From contig JBIIDT010000005.1 in the NCBI GenBank assembly GCA_044238145.1, positions 4,938 to 68,937 on the forward strand: 64,000 bases of DNA. Direction: 5' to 3'. Under the pieces are notes generated by a model. The model made no database searches, was not told where the DNA came from, and worked only from the letters and a program-made list of their open reading frames with translations. The position numbers and the translations under genes were made by a program. Numbering within the stretch: position 1 is the stretch's first letter; each line of letters begins with the position of its first letter. This document shows, piece after piece, positions 1 to 10,136 of this stretch. This DNA is from Pirellulales bacterium. GTDB taxonomy: Bacteria; Planctomycetota; Planctomycetia; Pirellulales; UBA1268.

Positions 1-180
1 CGGACGTTCCGCTCGACGAGTTCCTCGAGGCCCGGCTCGTAGATCGGGACCTCGCCCCGCTCGAGCCGCGCGATCTTCGCGGCGTCGATGTCGAGGCAGG
101 TGACCGTGTTGCCGCTGTCGGCGAAGCAGGTGCCCGTGACGAGCCCCACGTACCCCGTGCCGACGACGGCGATCCTCACG
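1..180 (-). CDS. ugd: UDP-glucose 6-dehydrogenase, N-terminal fragment (gene runs off the left edge)
   Basis: Reverse translation from GTG at 180 gives [59 protein letters not shown]. This has the Rossmann GxGxxG and the conserved UDPGDH N-terminal block. The start overlaps the gyrA stop. Confidence 0.7.
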
Positions 181-2896
181 CCTGCTCTCCGTCACCGGGC
201 GGGCTGTCGGCCTCTTCCTGCTCGCTCGGCGGCACGGGTACGACCGCGGCGAGCGTGTCGCCCTCGTCCACCCGCATCACCCGCACGCCCTGCGTGTTGC
301 GGCCCATCGGCCGGATCTCGGCGACGTTCACCCGCTGGATCTTGCCGCGGGCGGTCATCATCAGCACCTGGTCGCCGTCGTGGACCGAGACGATCGACAC
401 CACCTGGCCGTTGCGGGCCGTGGCCTTGATGTCGCGGACGCCCTTGCCGCCACGGTGCTGCGTTCGATACCGCATGCCGCTCGATTCGCCCTCGGCCTCC
501 TCGCCACCAGCCTCGGACGGCTCGGTCTCCTCCGCGGCCCCCTCCTCGCCCGGGGCGGGGCCGGAGAGCGGCGTGCCGGCGCCGAACGGCGTCCGCTTGC
601 CGTAGCCGTTCTCGCAGACCGTGAGCAACGTGGCCTCGGGATCGGCCACCACCATGCCCACCAGCCGGTCGCCGGACCCGAGCTTGATCCCGCGGACGCC
701 GCTGGTGTCGCGGCCCATCGGCCGGGCGTCCGACTCGGGGAAGCGGATCGCCATCCCCTTGGCGGTGGCGAGCACCAGCTCGTCGCCCGGCTTGGTGATC
801 ACGGCGTCGACGAGCTCGTCGCCCTCGCGGAGCTTCACGGCGATCAGGCCCTTGGTGCGGCGGCGGCGGTACTGTTCGAGGGCCGTCTTCTTCACCATGC
901 CGCCGCGGGTGGCCAGCATGAGGAACTGGTTCGGATCCTCGAAGCCCGACACGGAACGGCAGTCGGCCACCTTTTCGCCCGGCTCGAACTCGAGGATGTT
1001 GACCAGGGCCCGCCCCTTGGCGTCGCGGGCCAGCTCCGGCAGCTCGAAGACCCGCAGCGAGAACACCTTGCCGAGCGTGGTGAACACGAGCAGCCAGTCG
1101 TGGGTGCTGGCCACGAACAGGTGCTCGATCGGGTCCGCCTCGTCGACGCTGGCGCCCTTGAGGCCCTTGCCGCCCCGACGCTGGGCCCGGTAGACGTCGG
1201 CGGCCGTCCGCTTCACGTAGCCCGACCGCGTGATCGTGACCACCATCGTGGCCTCGGTGATCAGCTCGGCCATGTCGCGGATGTCGGCGACCTCGCCGCT
1301 GATCTCCGTCCGCCGCGTGTCGCCGTGCTTGGACTCCAGCTCCAGCAGCTCCTCGCGGATCAGGGCCTTGATGTTGGCCTCGCTGGAGAGGATGCGGCGG
1401 AACTCGCCGATCTTCGCCAGCAGCTCGCGGTGCTCGCCGCCCAGCTTCTCCTGCTCGAGGTTGACGAGCTGCCCGAGCGTGAGCCGGAGGATGGCGTCGG
1501 CCTGGACGGGCGACAGGCCGTAGGCCTCGGCAGCGCCCCGCTCCTCCTGGAGGATCGCGAAGCCCTCCGCGCCGAGCGCCCGCTCCAACAGCGCGGCCGG
1601 CGCCTGGAGCTGGCAGAGCCGCTCCTTGGCCTCGGCCTGCGACTTCGACGAGCGGATGATCTTGATCACCTCGTCGATGTTGGCCAGCGCGACGAGCAGG
1701 CCCTCGAGCGTGTGCTTGCGGCTGCGGGCCTTGGCGAGCAGGTGCTGGGTCCGCCGGCGGATGACCGCGGTGCGGTGCCGGAGGAACTCCTCCAGCATCT
1801 GCTTGAGCGTGAGGATCCGCGGCTTGCCGTCGACGAGCGCCAGGAAGATGAGCGAGAACGAGGTCTGCAGCGGCGAGAACTGGTAGAGCTGGTTGAGGAC
1901 GACCTCGGGGTCGGCGTCCCGCTTGAGCTCGAGGATCAGCCGCACCGGCTCCTTGAGGTCGCTCTCGTTGCGGATCGCCGAGATGCCCTTGATGCGGTCC
2001 TCGTTGACGAGTTCCGCGATCTTCTCCTCGATCGCGTCGCGGGTCTGCTGGTACGGGATCTCCGTGACCACGATCCGGTGCCGGTTCTTGCCGTGCTCCT
2101 CGACGTGGGCCCGGGCCCGGAGCGTGATCGTGCTGCGGCCCGTCAGGTAGCCGCGGACGAGCGCCTCGCGGCCCATCACGATGCCCCCGGTGGGGAAGTC
2201 GGGGCCGGGGACGATCTGCAGCAGCTCCGCCATCGAGATCGACGGGCTGTCGATGAGGGCCACGAGGGCCCGGCAGATCTCGCCGAGGTTGTGCGGCGGG
2301 ATGCTCGTCGCCATGCCGACGGCGATGCCGCCGGCGCCGTTGACCAGCAGGTTCGGGAACCGCCCCGGCAGCACGACCGGTTCGGTGTTCCGCTCGTCGT
2401 AGGAGGGGATGTAGTCGACCGTGTCGAGCTCGAGATCCTCGAGCATCAGGGCCGCGATGGGCGAGAGCCGGGCCTCCGTGTACCGCATCGCCGCCGCGGG
2501 CAGGCCGGCGATCGAGCCGAAGTTGCCCTGCTTGTCGACGAGCACGTGCCGCATGTTCCATTCCTGGGCCATGCGGACGAGCGTCGGGTAGATCACGCTC
2601 TCGCCGTGCGGGTGGTAGTTGCCGCTGGTGTCGCCCGAGATCTTGGCGCACTTCACGCGGGCGGCGCCGGGGGAGAGCTTGAGGTCGTTCATGGCGACGA
2701 GGATCCGTCGCTGCGAGGGCTTGAGGCCGTCGCGCACATCGGGCAACGCCCGCGACACGATGACACTCATCGCGTACGTGAGATAGCTGTCCTTGAGCTC
2801 CTGCTCGATCGGCAGGTCGACGATCCGACCTCCCGAGGCATCACCCGCGCCGGCGGCCGCGGCATCGTCCGCCGGGGGGTTCACGTCGTCAGCCAA
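176..2896 (-). CDS. gyrA: DNA gyrase subunit A
   Basis: ORF 176..3175 carries [31 protein letters not shown], the [10 protein letters not shown] catalytic-Tyr region and C-terminal beta-pinwheel repeats. The first ~93 ORF codons are Arg/Gly/Pro junk lying upstream of a promoter-like site. Start is therefore placed at TTG 2896, preceded by GGAGA with a 7-nt spacer. GTG 2884 is an alternative. Confidence 0.9.
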   Translation of the reverse strand: MADDVNPPADDAAAAGAGDASGGRIVDLPIEQELKDSYLTYAMSVIVSRALPDVRDGLKPSQRRILVAMNDLKLSPGAARVKCAKISGDTSGNYHPHGESVIYPTLVRMAQEWNMRHVLVDKQGNFGSIAGLPAAAMRYTEARLSPIAALMLEDLELDTVDYIPSYDERNTEPVVLPGRFPNLLVNGAGGIAVGMATSIPPHNLGEICRALVALIDSPSISMAELLQIVPGPDFPTGGIVMGREALVRGYLTGRSTITLRARAHVEEHGKNRHRIVVTEIPYQQTRDAIEEKIAELVNEDRIKGISAIRNESDLKEPVRLILELKRDADPEVVLNQLYQFSPLQTSFSLIFLALVDGKPRILTLKQMLEEFLRHRTAVIRRRTQHLLAKARSRKHTLEGLLVALANIDEVIKIIRSSKSQAEAKERLCQLQAPAALLERALGAEGFAILQEERGAAEAYGLSPVQADAILRLTLGQLVNLEQEKLGGEHRELLAKIGEFRRILSSEANIKALIREELLELESKHGDTRRTEISGEVADIRDMAELITEATMVVTITRSGYVKRTAADVYRAQRRGGKGLKGASVDEADPIEHLFVASTHDWLLVFTTLGKVFSLRVFELPELARDAKGRALVNILEFEPGEKVADCRSVSGFEDPNQFLMLATRGGMVKKTALEQYRRRRTKGLIAVKLREGDELVDAVITKPGDELVLATAKGMAIRFPESDARPMGRDTSGVRGIKLGSGDRLVGMVVADPEATLLTVCENGYGKRTPFGAGTPLSGPAPGEEGAAEETEPSEAGGEEAEGESSGMRYRTQHRGGKGVRDIKATARNGQVVSIVSVHDGDQVLMMTARGKIQRVNVAEIRPMGRNTQGVRVMRVDEGDTLAAVVPVPPSEQEEADSPPGDGEQA

Positions 2897-2949
2897 GGCA
2901 GGGTCTCCACGCCCGAAAACACCGCCGGACGAGGCCCGCGGGATGCTTG

Positions 2950-2977
2950 AACATACCCGGCGTGCCGGGGCGGTCAA
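2950..2977 (-). promoter_or_regulatory. candidate sigma70-type promoter for gyrA
   Basis: Minus strand reads TTGACC-N16-TATGTT, about 47 nt upstream of the proposed TTG start. AT-rich hexamers stand out in a 70% GC background. Confidence 0.35.
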
Positions 2978-3027
2978 CCGGCGCGAAACGGCCGCCCGAC
3001 CGCTGTTTTTCGCCCCCCCGTGATGGC

Positions 3028-3057
3028 TTGACCCGCGCCGCGGGAGGCCCCTATCCT
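3028..3057 (+). promoter_or_regulatory. candidate promoter for the glycosyltransferase operon
   Basis: TTGACC-N18-TATCCT, 40 nt upstream of ATG 3097 and divergent from the gyrA promoter candidate. Confidence 0.3.
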
Positions 3058-3096
3058 CCCGCCCCCGATCAGGTCCCGAACGCCCAGGCTGCGGCC

Positions 3097-4839
3097 ATGA
3101 CAGCACGCTCCCACGGACTCCTCGTCGCCGCCCTCGCGGCGGTCGTGCTGCTGCCCAACCTGGGCGGCCCGCCACTGTGGGACGACGATGAGCCGCGCAA
3201 CGCCGCCTGCTCGTTGGCCATGCATGCGACGGGCGACTGGGTCGTGCCCACCTTCAACGGGCGGCTACGGGTCGAGAAGCCGGCGCTCGTCAACTGGCTG
3301 CACCTGGCGGGCTTCGCCGTGGCCGGCGTCAACGAGACCGGCGCCCGGCTGGGCTCGGCCCTGCTCACGCTCGCCACCTGCCTGCTCACCTGGCGGATCG
3401 GGGCCGCCGTGTTCACCCCGGCGGTCGGCTGCTGGGCGGGAATCGTCATGGCCACCTGCCTGTGGACGGCGGTCGGCGGGCGGGCCGCCACGCCCGACCC
3501 GCCGCTCGTCTTCTGCACGACGCTCGCCCTGTGGCTGTTCGTCCGCGGCGGCCGCCTCCCCGGCAGGGATGGCACCGGCTGGCGGAGCGGACCGGTGCAA
3601 CTCACGGCCGGCGCGGCGGCGGCGGTCGGCGCGGCCCTCGGCCTGGCCGTGCTCGCCAAAGGCCCCGTGGGCCTCGTGCCCCCCGTGGCCGCCTTCCTTC
3701 TCTTCGCCTGGTGGCAGGCCTGCCTCGACCCGTCCCGGACGGGACCCCGCGCGACCCGGCTGCTGGCCGGAGCCGGCGCCGCATGGCGGGGCGTGCGGCC
3801 GCTCGTGATCCTGGGCGTGGCGGTCGCCGTCGCGGCCCCGTGGTACGCCGCGGTCGGCTGGCGGACAGACGGCGCGTGGCTGCGGGGCTTCTTCCTCGTC
3901 CACAACGTCGGCCGCTTCTCCGCGCCGATGGAAGGACACTCGGGTTCAACCCTTCTCTACTATCCGCTCGTCGTGCTCGTCGGCACGTTCCCCTGGTCGA
4001 TGGCCGCCGCGCTAGTCGGGTGGCATGCCTGCCGGTCGGCCCGCGGCGACGGCGACGCCGGCGTGGGCGGCCGGCTGCTCGTCGCCTGGACGGCCGCCTG
4101 GCTCGTGCCGCTGTCGCTCTCCGCGACGAAACTGCCGGGCTACGCCTGGCCCGCCTACCCGGCGGTCGCCGGCCTCGCCGGCCTGTTCTTCGCCGACTGG
4201 GTGCGGCTGCCCACGGTCGCGACCGACCGCTGGATGCGGCTGGCCTGGGCCCTGCTGGCCGTCTCGGGCGCGGCCCTGGCGGTCGGCCTGCCGCTCGTCG
4301 CCGCCCGCTTCGCGCCCGGCGCCGAATGGCTGGGCTGCATCGGCCTGCTCCCGCTCGTCGGCGCGGCCGTCGCCTGGACCTGCCAGTCGCTGCACTCGCG
4401 GCTCGCCGCCTCCGCCGCGCTGGCGGCCACGGCCTGCGCCACCGTCGCGGCGCTCATGTCCGTCGGCCCCGCGGCGATCGGCCGCACCGGGGGGACGCGG
4501 CAGCTGGTCGCCAGGCTCGAGGCCGTCAACGCGGGCGGGCCGATCGCCGCCTACCGCGCACCGCCGAGCACCGCCTTCTACGCCGGCCGGCTCATGCCCG
4601 CCGGGAGCATCGCCGACCTCCATGCCCCTGCCGAGGTCGTCGGCTTCCTCGACGCGAACCCCGGCGCCCACCTCGTGATCGACGCCCGTTTCGAGGCGGA
4701 GGTCGGTCCGGCGTTGCCGCCCCACTACCGCGTGCTGCACGCCACGACCACGCTGCCGGAATCGCGGCGGCTGCTCCTCCTCGGCCCCGGCATCCGGCCC
4801 GATCGCGTCGCCGACGCCGAGCGGCCGCCGCGCCGCTGA
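3097..4839 (+). CDS. GT-C membrane glycosyltransferase, ArnT/PMT_2-like (GT39/GT83 type), paralogue 1
   Basis: Internal ATG of ORF 2947..4839. N-terminal block PLWDDDEPRNAACSLAMHATGDWVVPTFNGRLRVEKPALVNWL is typical of polyprenyl-phosphate-sugar dependent ArnT-like enzymes. Many hydrophobic helices. Confidence 0.75.
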   Translation: MTARSHGLLVAALAAVVLLPNLGGPPLWDDDEPRNAACSLAMHATGDWVVPTFNGRLRVEKPALVNWLHLAGFAVAGVNETGARLGSALLTLATCLLTWRIGAAVFTPAVGCWAGIVMATCLWTAVGGRAATPDPPLVFCTTLALWLFVRGGRLPGRDGTGWRSGPVQLTAGAAAAVGAALGLAVLAKGPVGLVPPVAAFLLFAWWQACLDPSRTGPRATRLLAGAGAAWRGVRPLVILGVAVAVAAPWYAAVGWRTDGAWLRGFFLVHNVGRFSAPMEGHSGSTLLYYPLVVLVGTFPWSMAAALVGWHACRSARGDGDAGVGGRLLVAWTAAWLVPLSLSATKLPGYAWPAYPAVAGLAGLFFADWVRLPTVATDRWMRLAWALLAVSGAALAVGLPLVAARFAPGAEWLGCIGLLPLVGAAVAWTCQSLHSRLAASAALAATACATVAALMSVGPAAIGRTGGTRQLVARLEAVNAGGPIAAYRAPPSTAFYAGRLMPAGSIADLHAPAEVVGFLDANPGAHLVIDARFEAEVGPALPPHYRVLHATTTLPESRRLLLLGPGIRPDRVADAERPPRR

Positions 4840-4848
4840 CCGCTTCCC

Positions 4849-6645
4849 GTGCCCGATCCACCAGCCCCTGGAACCGCTCCCATGACCGTCAGGCATCCCA
4901 CGCTCCTCGTCCTCCTGGCGGCCACGGCCGCGCTCGCCGTCGGCTTCTCGCGAACGCCGCTGTGGGACGAGGACGAGCCGCGGTTCGCGGCGATCGCCCG
5001 CGCGATGGTCGAGACGGGCGACTGGGTCGTGCCGATGTACAACGACACGCTCGCCGTCGACAAGCCGGTGCTCATGCACTGGTTCATGGCCGCCGCGATG
5101 ACGGTCTTCGGCCCCGGCGAGTTCGCCGCCCGCCTGCCCTCGGCGATCGCGGTGCTGCTCACGGCCCTCGCCCTGCTCCGCGCGGGCACCCGTTGGTTCG
5201 ACACGGAGACGGGCGTGGTGGCGGCCCTGGCCTACGTCGGTTGCCTGCTCGTCGGCATCGAGGCCCACGGCGCGACGCCCGACGCGATCCTCGTGGCCCT
5301 GACCACGTGGGCCACGCTCCTGGCCGCGGAGCCGTTCCTGCCCGACCGCCGGTCCACCGGCGAGGCCCCGTGGCCGGCCCGGCTCACCGTCGGCCGGGCC
5401 GCCGCCGTGGGCGGCCTGTGCGGCCTCGCGATCGTCTGCAAGGGGCCGATCGGCTTCGTCGGGCCGGCTGCGGTCGTGGTGCCGTGGCTGGGCTGGCTCG
5501 CCATCCGCCACCGCCGCGCGTCCGGCCGCGGGTCGTTGGCGGCGATCCTGCCCGCGACGCTCGACGTGTTCCGCGCGATCCGCCCGCTCACGATCCTCGC
5601 CGCCACGCTCGCCGTCGCCGCCCCGTGGTACGTCGCCGTGTCGCTCCGCACCGACGGCGCCTGGACCACCGGCTTCTTCTTCGTGCACAACGTCGGCCGC
5701 TTCATGGCACCGATGGAGAAGCACGGCGGCGGCATCCTCTTCCATCCGCTGACGATGCTCGTCGGCTTCTACCCGTGGTCGTGCTTCCTGCCGCTGGCGA
5801 TCGTGATCGCGGGCTGGCGGCTGTGGCGCCGGACCGAGACGGCGGCCCGGACCGCCGCCTGGGGCCTGCTGCTCGTGTGGCTCGCGGTGTGGGTGGGCGG
5901 CTTCTCCGCGGCCGCCACCAAGCTCCCCAACTACGTGCTGCCCGCCTATCCGGCGGCCGCGTTGCTCGTCGCGGCGCTGGCGGTGGAGGCGGCCCGCCGC
6001 GCCGCCGCGCCCCAGTCCGGCTGGCCGCACCGCTGGTGGCTGGCCTCGGGCCTGGGCTGGCTCGCGTTCGGCGGGGCCGCCACGGCCGCCGTCATGATCC
6101 TCGCCGCCCGCCACGGCCTGCCCGGCGCCGAGCCGGCGGCCCTGGTGGGCCTCGTGCCGCTCGGCGGCGCCATCGCCTGCGGCTGGCTCGCCCGCCGGGA
6201 GCCGCGGGCCGCGGTCGCGGCGCTGGTGCTCACGGGCCTGATCTACACGGCGCTCGCCGTCGGGCCCGCCGGCCGGCGGCTCGCCACGGCCAACGCGCTG
6301 CCGGCCCTGGTCCGCGACATGCAGGCCCGCCACGGGGGCGCCGCCCGGCTCGGCACCTACCTGCTCGGCAGCCCGAACGTCGTCTTCTACTCCAATGGCC
6401 ACGTGCGGCAGATCGTGCGCCGGCACGACGAGGCCGCCGGCGCGTTCCTCCGCTCCGGCCCCGACGCGATCCTGCTCGTCCCGGAGAGCGGCTACGCGGA
6501 GATCGCCGCCGCGCTGCCCGAGGGCTACGGGATCCTGGGCCGCGCCCGCCCGATCTTCCGCCACCACGACGTGCTGGCGATCGGCGCCCTGCCCGACGCC
6601 CGGCCGCCCGCCCGCACCGCCGCGACCCCCGAGGTGAACCGATGA
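4849..6645 (+). CDS. GT-C membrane glycosyltransferase, ArnT/PMT_2-like, paralogue 2
   Basis: PLWDEDEPRFAAIARAMVETGDWVVPMYNDTLAVDKPVLMHWF parallels the upstream paralogue, and FFVHNVGRF..PME.H.G is shared by both. Start is GTG 4849 or ATG 4882. Confidence 0.75.
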   Translation: MPDPPAPGTAPMTVRHPTLLVLLAATAALAVGFSRTPLWDEDEPRFAAIARAMVETGDWVVPMYNDTLAVDKPVLMHWFMAAAMTVFGPGEFAARLPSAIAVLLTALALLRAGTRWFDTETGVVAALAYVGCLLVGIEAHGATPDAILVALTTWATLLAAEPFLPDRRSTGEAPWPARLTVGRAAAVGGLCGLAIVCKGPIGFVGPAAVVVPWLGWLAIRHRRASGRGSLAAILPATLDVFRAIRPLTILAATLAVAAPWYVAVSLRTDGAWTTGFFFVHNVGRFMAPMEKHGGGILFHPLTMLVGFYPWSCFLPLAIVIAGWRLWRRTETAARTAAWGLLLVWLAVWVGGFSAAATKLPNYVLPAYPAAALLVAALAVEAARRAAAPQSGWPHRWWLASGLGWLAFGGAATAAVMILAARHGLPGAEPAALVGLVPLGGAIACGWLARREPRAAVAALVLTGLIYTALAVGPAGRRLATANALPALVRDMQARHGGAARLGTYLLGSPNVVFYSNGHVRQIVRRHDEAAGAFLRSGPDAILLVPESGYAEIAAALPEGYGILGRARPIFRHHDVLAIGALPDARPPARTAATPEVNR

Positions 6646-7676
6646 CGCCACCGGACGCCCCCGCCGACATCCTCGTCTGCCCGCCGCGACCGACCCCGCG
6701 CGACCGCGCGGCCGGCCTGCTGTCGGTCGTCATCCCCTGCCACGACGAGGAGGAGGTCATCGAGGCGACGCACGCCCGGCTCGTCGAGGTGCTGCCCGCG
6801 ACCGGCATGGACTTCGAGATCATCTACGTGGACGACGGCAGCCGCGACCGCACCCTCGGGCGGCTCGAGTCGATCGCCGCCGGCGATCCGCGGGCGGTCG
6901 TCATCGAACTGTCCCGGAACTTCGGCCAGCAGGCGGCCATGTCGGCCGGCCTCGCCGCCGCCCGGGGCGACGCCGTCGTGATCACCGACGCCGACCTGCA
7001 GGACCCGCCCGAGGTGATCCCCGAGATGGTGCGGAGGTGGCGGGAGGGCGTGGACGTGGCGTACGGCCGCCGACGCCGCCGCGACGGCGAGACCGCCTTC
7101 AAGCTGGCGACGGCGAGCCTGTACCACCGGCTCCTGGCCCGGCTGATGCCCTATCCGATGCCGGTCGACACGGGCGACTTCAAGCTCGTCGACCGGGCCG
7201 TCGTCGACGCCGTCAACGCGCTGCCGGAGAAGCGCCGCTACCTGCGGAGCCTCGTCCCCTGGGCCGGCTTCCGCCACGAGCCCGTGTGGTACGACCGCCA
7301 CGCCCGGGTGGCGGGCGTCACGAAGTATTCGCCGTGGAAGCTGCTCAAGCTCGCCGGCGACGCGCTCGTGCTCTCCTCCGACGCTCCCGTGCGGCTCACC
7401 TGGCTGGCCACGGCAGCCCTCGGCGCGATCGGCCTCGTCTCCGGCGGTGCGGCGCTCGTCTCGCACTGGACGGCCGCCGCCCCGCGGCCGGGCGTCTCGC
7501 TGGCGGCGGTGACGGCCGTGGTCGCGACCGTGGCGGCGGTGCAGACGGCCGCCGTCGCGATCGTGGGCGAGTACGTCGTCCGCACCTACCGCGAGGCCCA
7601 GGGCCGGCCCACGTGGGTCGTGCGGCGCACGATCAACGCCGCCCGGGCCGCAACGACCGCATCGCGAGCGGCGTGA
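6642..7676 (+). CDS. GT2 polyprenyl-phosphate glycosyltransferase (ArnC/GtrB/DPM1-like)
   Basis: This is the 3' part of the fused ORF 3462..7676. ATG 6642 overlaps the upstream stop (ATGA). Motifs SVVIPCHDEE, YVDDGSRDRT and ITDADLQDPPE, plus two C-terminal TM helices. Confidence 0.8.
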   Translation: MTPPDAPADILVCPPRPTPRDRAAGLLSVVIPCHDEEEVIEATHARLVEVLPATGMDFEIIYVDDGSRDRTLGRLESIAAGDPRAVVIELSRNFGQQAAMSAGLAAARGDAVVITDADLQDPPEVIPEMVRRWREGVDVAYGRRRRRDGETAFKLATASLYHRLLARLMPYPMPVDTGDFKLVDRAVVDAVNALPEKRRYLRSLVPWAGFRHEPVWYDRHARVAGVTKYSPWKLLKLAGDALVLSSDAPVRLTWLATAALGAIGLVSGGAALVSHWTAAAPRPGVSLAAVTAVVATVAAVQTAAVAIVGEYVVRTYREAQGRPTWVVRRTINAARAATTASRAA

Positions 7677-7722
7677 ATCGACGTGCCGCGGAGGCGGACG
7701 TCGTCATGGCGGCCGAAGGCCT

Positions 7723-9057
7723 TCACCGCGCCAGCGCGATCACGGCGGGCGAACTCACCACGAGCCCGGTCGGCGTGGCGGCCGTGAAGAAAAACGCCCT
7801 GGTGTCGGCCGGCGGCCGCGGCGCGACGAGCGTGCCATCGGCTTCGATCTCGGCGGGCACGGTCTTCCAGGCGAGTTTGTTGATCGGCCCGGGCTCGGTC
7901 GTGGAAACGAACGCCGCCTTCGCCACCGGCCCGCCGGCCACGACACGGCAGCGGGCCACGGCCTCGTCGAGCACGGGGGTGTCGATCTCCGGCAGCCCCG
8001 GCGTGCCGCGCACCGCGGCGTCGATGAACGCGGCGATCTCCGGCGGCGCCCAGCCCGCCTCGTGGCCGTGCGGCATGTCCACCTCGATGCGGACGTTCTT
8101 CTTCGCCTGCCGCACGTCGGCATGGCTCTTCATGAAGCTGTCGAGCGGATAGGCGAAGTCGTTCGTGCCGTTGACGAAGAAGATCGGCACCCGGCAGGCC
8201 GGCAGGTACCGCGCCGGATCGTAGCGTTCCGCCCACCGGGCCGCGTGTTCAGTGCCGAGTCGCGCGAAATCGCCGAGCCAGCAGCTGTTGTCGCGGAGAT
8301 GGCCGCAGCCGTAGACGGGCACCGCCGCCCGAAACCGATCGTCGAGCGACGCCACGATGCAGGTGGTGTAGCCGCCCCAGCTGATGCCGGTGATGGCCGT
8401 GCGGTCGGGGTCCACGCCCGGCAGGCTCCGCAGGAGCGAGTGGGCCCGGATGACGTTGGCCACGGCGTGGTAGGGCCAGTCGTCGGTGACGTCCGGCGTG
8501 GCGATCGTGTCGAACTTGTCCGCGTGCTCCTGGCCCGGGCCGCCGTCGGGCAGACGCGTGGCCGCCTGCTTGCCCGGGGCCTTGGGATCGGGGCGGCGGC
8601 CGGCCAGATCCATGGCGATGGCGGCGTAGCCGCGGCTGGCCCAGAGTTTCACCCACTCGGCGAAGGCCCTTCCGCCCCCGCCGTGCACCAGCACGACGCC
8701 CGGCCAGGGACCCGCGCTCGTGACCGCCGCGTTGCTCGCACCGCCGCGCTCGCCGCCGATGCTTGCCGGCGTGGCGACATACGCGAACACCCGCGTGGGC
8801 CGCCCGCGGAACGGCTCGCCCGCGTAGAGGAGCGACCGCACCGGCCCGGTGTCATCGAGCCATTCGACGGCTGGCGGCTCGCTCAACGAAGCCAGATCCC
8901 ACGGCAGGGACTCCGCCAGCTCCGGCGCGGGCCTGATAAGCCGGGGGCGGGCCTCCTCCGCGGCTGCGAGGGCCCCGAAGAAGCCCAGCAGAACGCCGCA
9001 CACTCCTGCCACGAGCGTGCATGGCACCGGCATCCGCAACGAGTCACACACCAGCAT
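7723..9057 (-). CDS. secreted alpha/beta hydrolase (acetyl-xylan-esterase / S9-like serine hydrolase)
   Basis: N-terminal signal-like segment, nucleophile elbow GISWGGY, HGGGG oxyanion-type block and a C-terminal extra domain. An alternative ATG lies at 9033. Confidence 0.6.
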   Translation of the reverse strand: MLVCDSLRMPVPCTLVAGVCGVLLGFFGALAAAEEARPRLIRPAPELAESLPWDLASLSEPPAVEWLDDTGPVRSLLYAGEPFRGRPTRVFAYVATPASIGGERGGASNAAVTSAGPWPGVVLVHGGGGRAFAEWVKLWASRGYAAIAMDLAGRRPDPKAPGKQAATRLPDGGPGQEHADKFDTIATPDVTDDWPYHAVANVIRAHSLLRSLPGVDPDRTAITGISWGGYTTCIVASLDDRFRAAVPVYGCGHLRDNSCWLGDFARLGTEHAARWAERYDPARYLPACRVPIFFVNGTNDFAYPLDSFMKSHADVRQAKKNVRIEVDMPHGHEAGWAPPEIAAFIDAAVRGTPGLPEIDTPVLDEAVARCRVVAGGPVAKAAFVSTTEPGPINKLAWKTVPAEIEADGTLVAPRPPADTRAFFFTAATPTGLVVSSPAVIALAR

Positions 9058-9072
9058 GCGCGGGGCGCCGCG

Positions 9073-9621
9073 TCACTTCGCGAGCGCCGCCTCGATGGCC
9101 TGCACGAGCTTGGCGTCGTCGGGAGCCACGCCGCTCTTGAACCGGCCGATCACGGCGCCGTCCTTGCCGATCAGGAACTTCTCGAAGTTCCAGGACACCT
9201 CCCCCTTCGGATCGGCGGCCTCGGTGAGCGACTTGTAGAGCGGGGCCTTGTCGGGACCCTTGACGGTGATCTTGGCGAACATCGGGAACGTGACGCCGTA
9301 CTTGGCCGAACAGAACTCGGCGATCTGGGCGTCGCTGCCCGGCTCCTGCGCACCGAAGTCGTTGGCCGGGAAGCCCAGGATCACGAGCCCCTTGTCCTTC
9401 TGGGAATCGTAGAGCTTCTGCAGGCCGGCGTACTGGCCGGTGTAGCCGCAGCGGCTGGCCACGTTGACCACGAGCACGACCTTTCCCTTGTAGGCGGCGA
9501 GATCGACGGGCTTGCCGTCGATGCCCTTCATCTCGCCGGCGAGCGGCGTGGCTCCATGGGCCACGGCCAGCCCGCACGCGAACAACACCGCCACCGCGAC
9601 GCCAGCCTTCACGATCATCAT
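9073..9621 (-). CDS. glutathione peroxidase (Cys-type) with signal peptide
   Basis: VVLVVNVASRCGYT, LGFPANDFGAQEPG and WNFEKFLIGKDG are the three canonical GPx blocks. Confidence 0.88.
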   Translation of the reverse strand: MMIVKAGVAVAVLFACGLAVAHGATPLAGEMKGIDGKPVDLAAYKGKVVLVVNVASRCGYTGQYAGLQKLYDSQKDKGLVILGFPANDFGAQEPGSDAQIAEFCSAKYGVTFPMFAKITVKGPDKAPLYKSLTEAADPKGEVSWNFEKFLIGKDGAVIGRFKSGVAPDDAKLVQAIEAALAK

Positions 9622-9623
9622 GG

Positions 9624-10136
9624 TCAGTCCTCCGGGGTTTGCTGCATTATGGACGCCCGCCCGGCCGCGGCAACCGGCAGCGGCGTCCAGCGGTCGAACG
9701 TGGCCGCCTGGCCGCGGTGCTGGCCCGCAGCGTCGACCAGGTTCCAGACGATCGCCTGCTCGATGCGAAATCGCTTGCCGGTGCTCGAGATGCGGATCCC
9801 GGCGTAGTCGTCGACGAAGCCGTCGCGGCGGGTCCGCTCGAGCAGCCGGGCCCGCTCGTCGCGGTGCACCGGCTCGGCCGTGAGCCGCGAGGGCGTCCGC
9901 GTGAGCTCGTCCCAGGTCATCTCCCAGAGGGCCAAGGCCGCCGCGTTGCCGTAGTCGAGGATCGGGTCGGCCTCGGTGCCGTGGGAGACGACGACGAACG
10001 GGGCATGGAACAGCCGGGCCGCCTGCTCGGCCGCCGTGCCGGAGCGGTCGACGAGTTCGCGGCCGAGCAGCCGGGCGAACGAGTCGAGGAGGAGCTGGAC
10101 GTGACCGAGCGTCACCGGATCGGCCGCGCCGTTCAT
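9624..10136 (-). CDS. MEKHLA (PAS-like) domain protein
   Basis: FVVVSHGTEADPILDYGNAAALALWEMTWDELTRTPSRLTAEP....R..LL......G.VDDYAGIRISSTGKRF.I..A.VWNL matches the MEKHLA pattern as I remember it. ATG overlaps the stop of the upstream giant gene (ATGA, 10133-10136). Confidence 0.7.
   Translation of the reverse strand: MNGAADPVTLGHVQLLLDSFARLLGRELVDRSGTAAEQAARLFHAPFVVVSHGTEADPILDYGNAAALALWEMTWDELTRTPSRLTAEPVHRDERARLLERTRRDGFVDDYAGIRISSTGKRFRIEQAIVWNLVDAAGQHRGQAATFDRWTPLPVAAAGRASIMQQTPED

Noticed and set aside
380-2950. 856-aa plus-strand ORF (and the 819-aa minus ORF 192..2651)
   Set aside because: These are antisense to or frame-shifted relative to gyrA, which has unambiguous motifs. Their translations are Arg/Gly/Ala/Pro/His-rich, as expected for off-frame reading of 70% GC DNA.
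2897-3175. N-terminal 93 codons of the gyrA ORF
   Set aside because: Arg/Gly/Pro-rich with no GyrA similarity. They would start upstream of the promoter-like site and run into the divergent GT operon promoter region. An SD-supported TTG at 2896 fits the conserved N-terminus.
3462-6641. 5' 1060 codons of the 1404-aa ORF 3462..7676
   Set aside because: Off-frame read-through across the two GT-C genes with an extreme Arg/Pro/Gly composition. Only the last 344 codons (from ATG 6642) have GT2 motifs.
4012-6651. 879-aa minus-strand ORF
   Set aside because: Antisense to the two ArnT-like genes, with junk composition.
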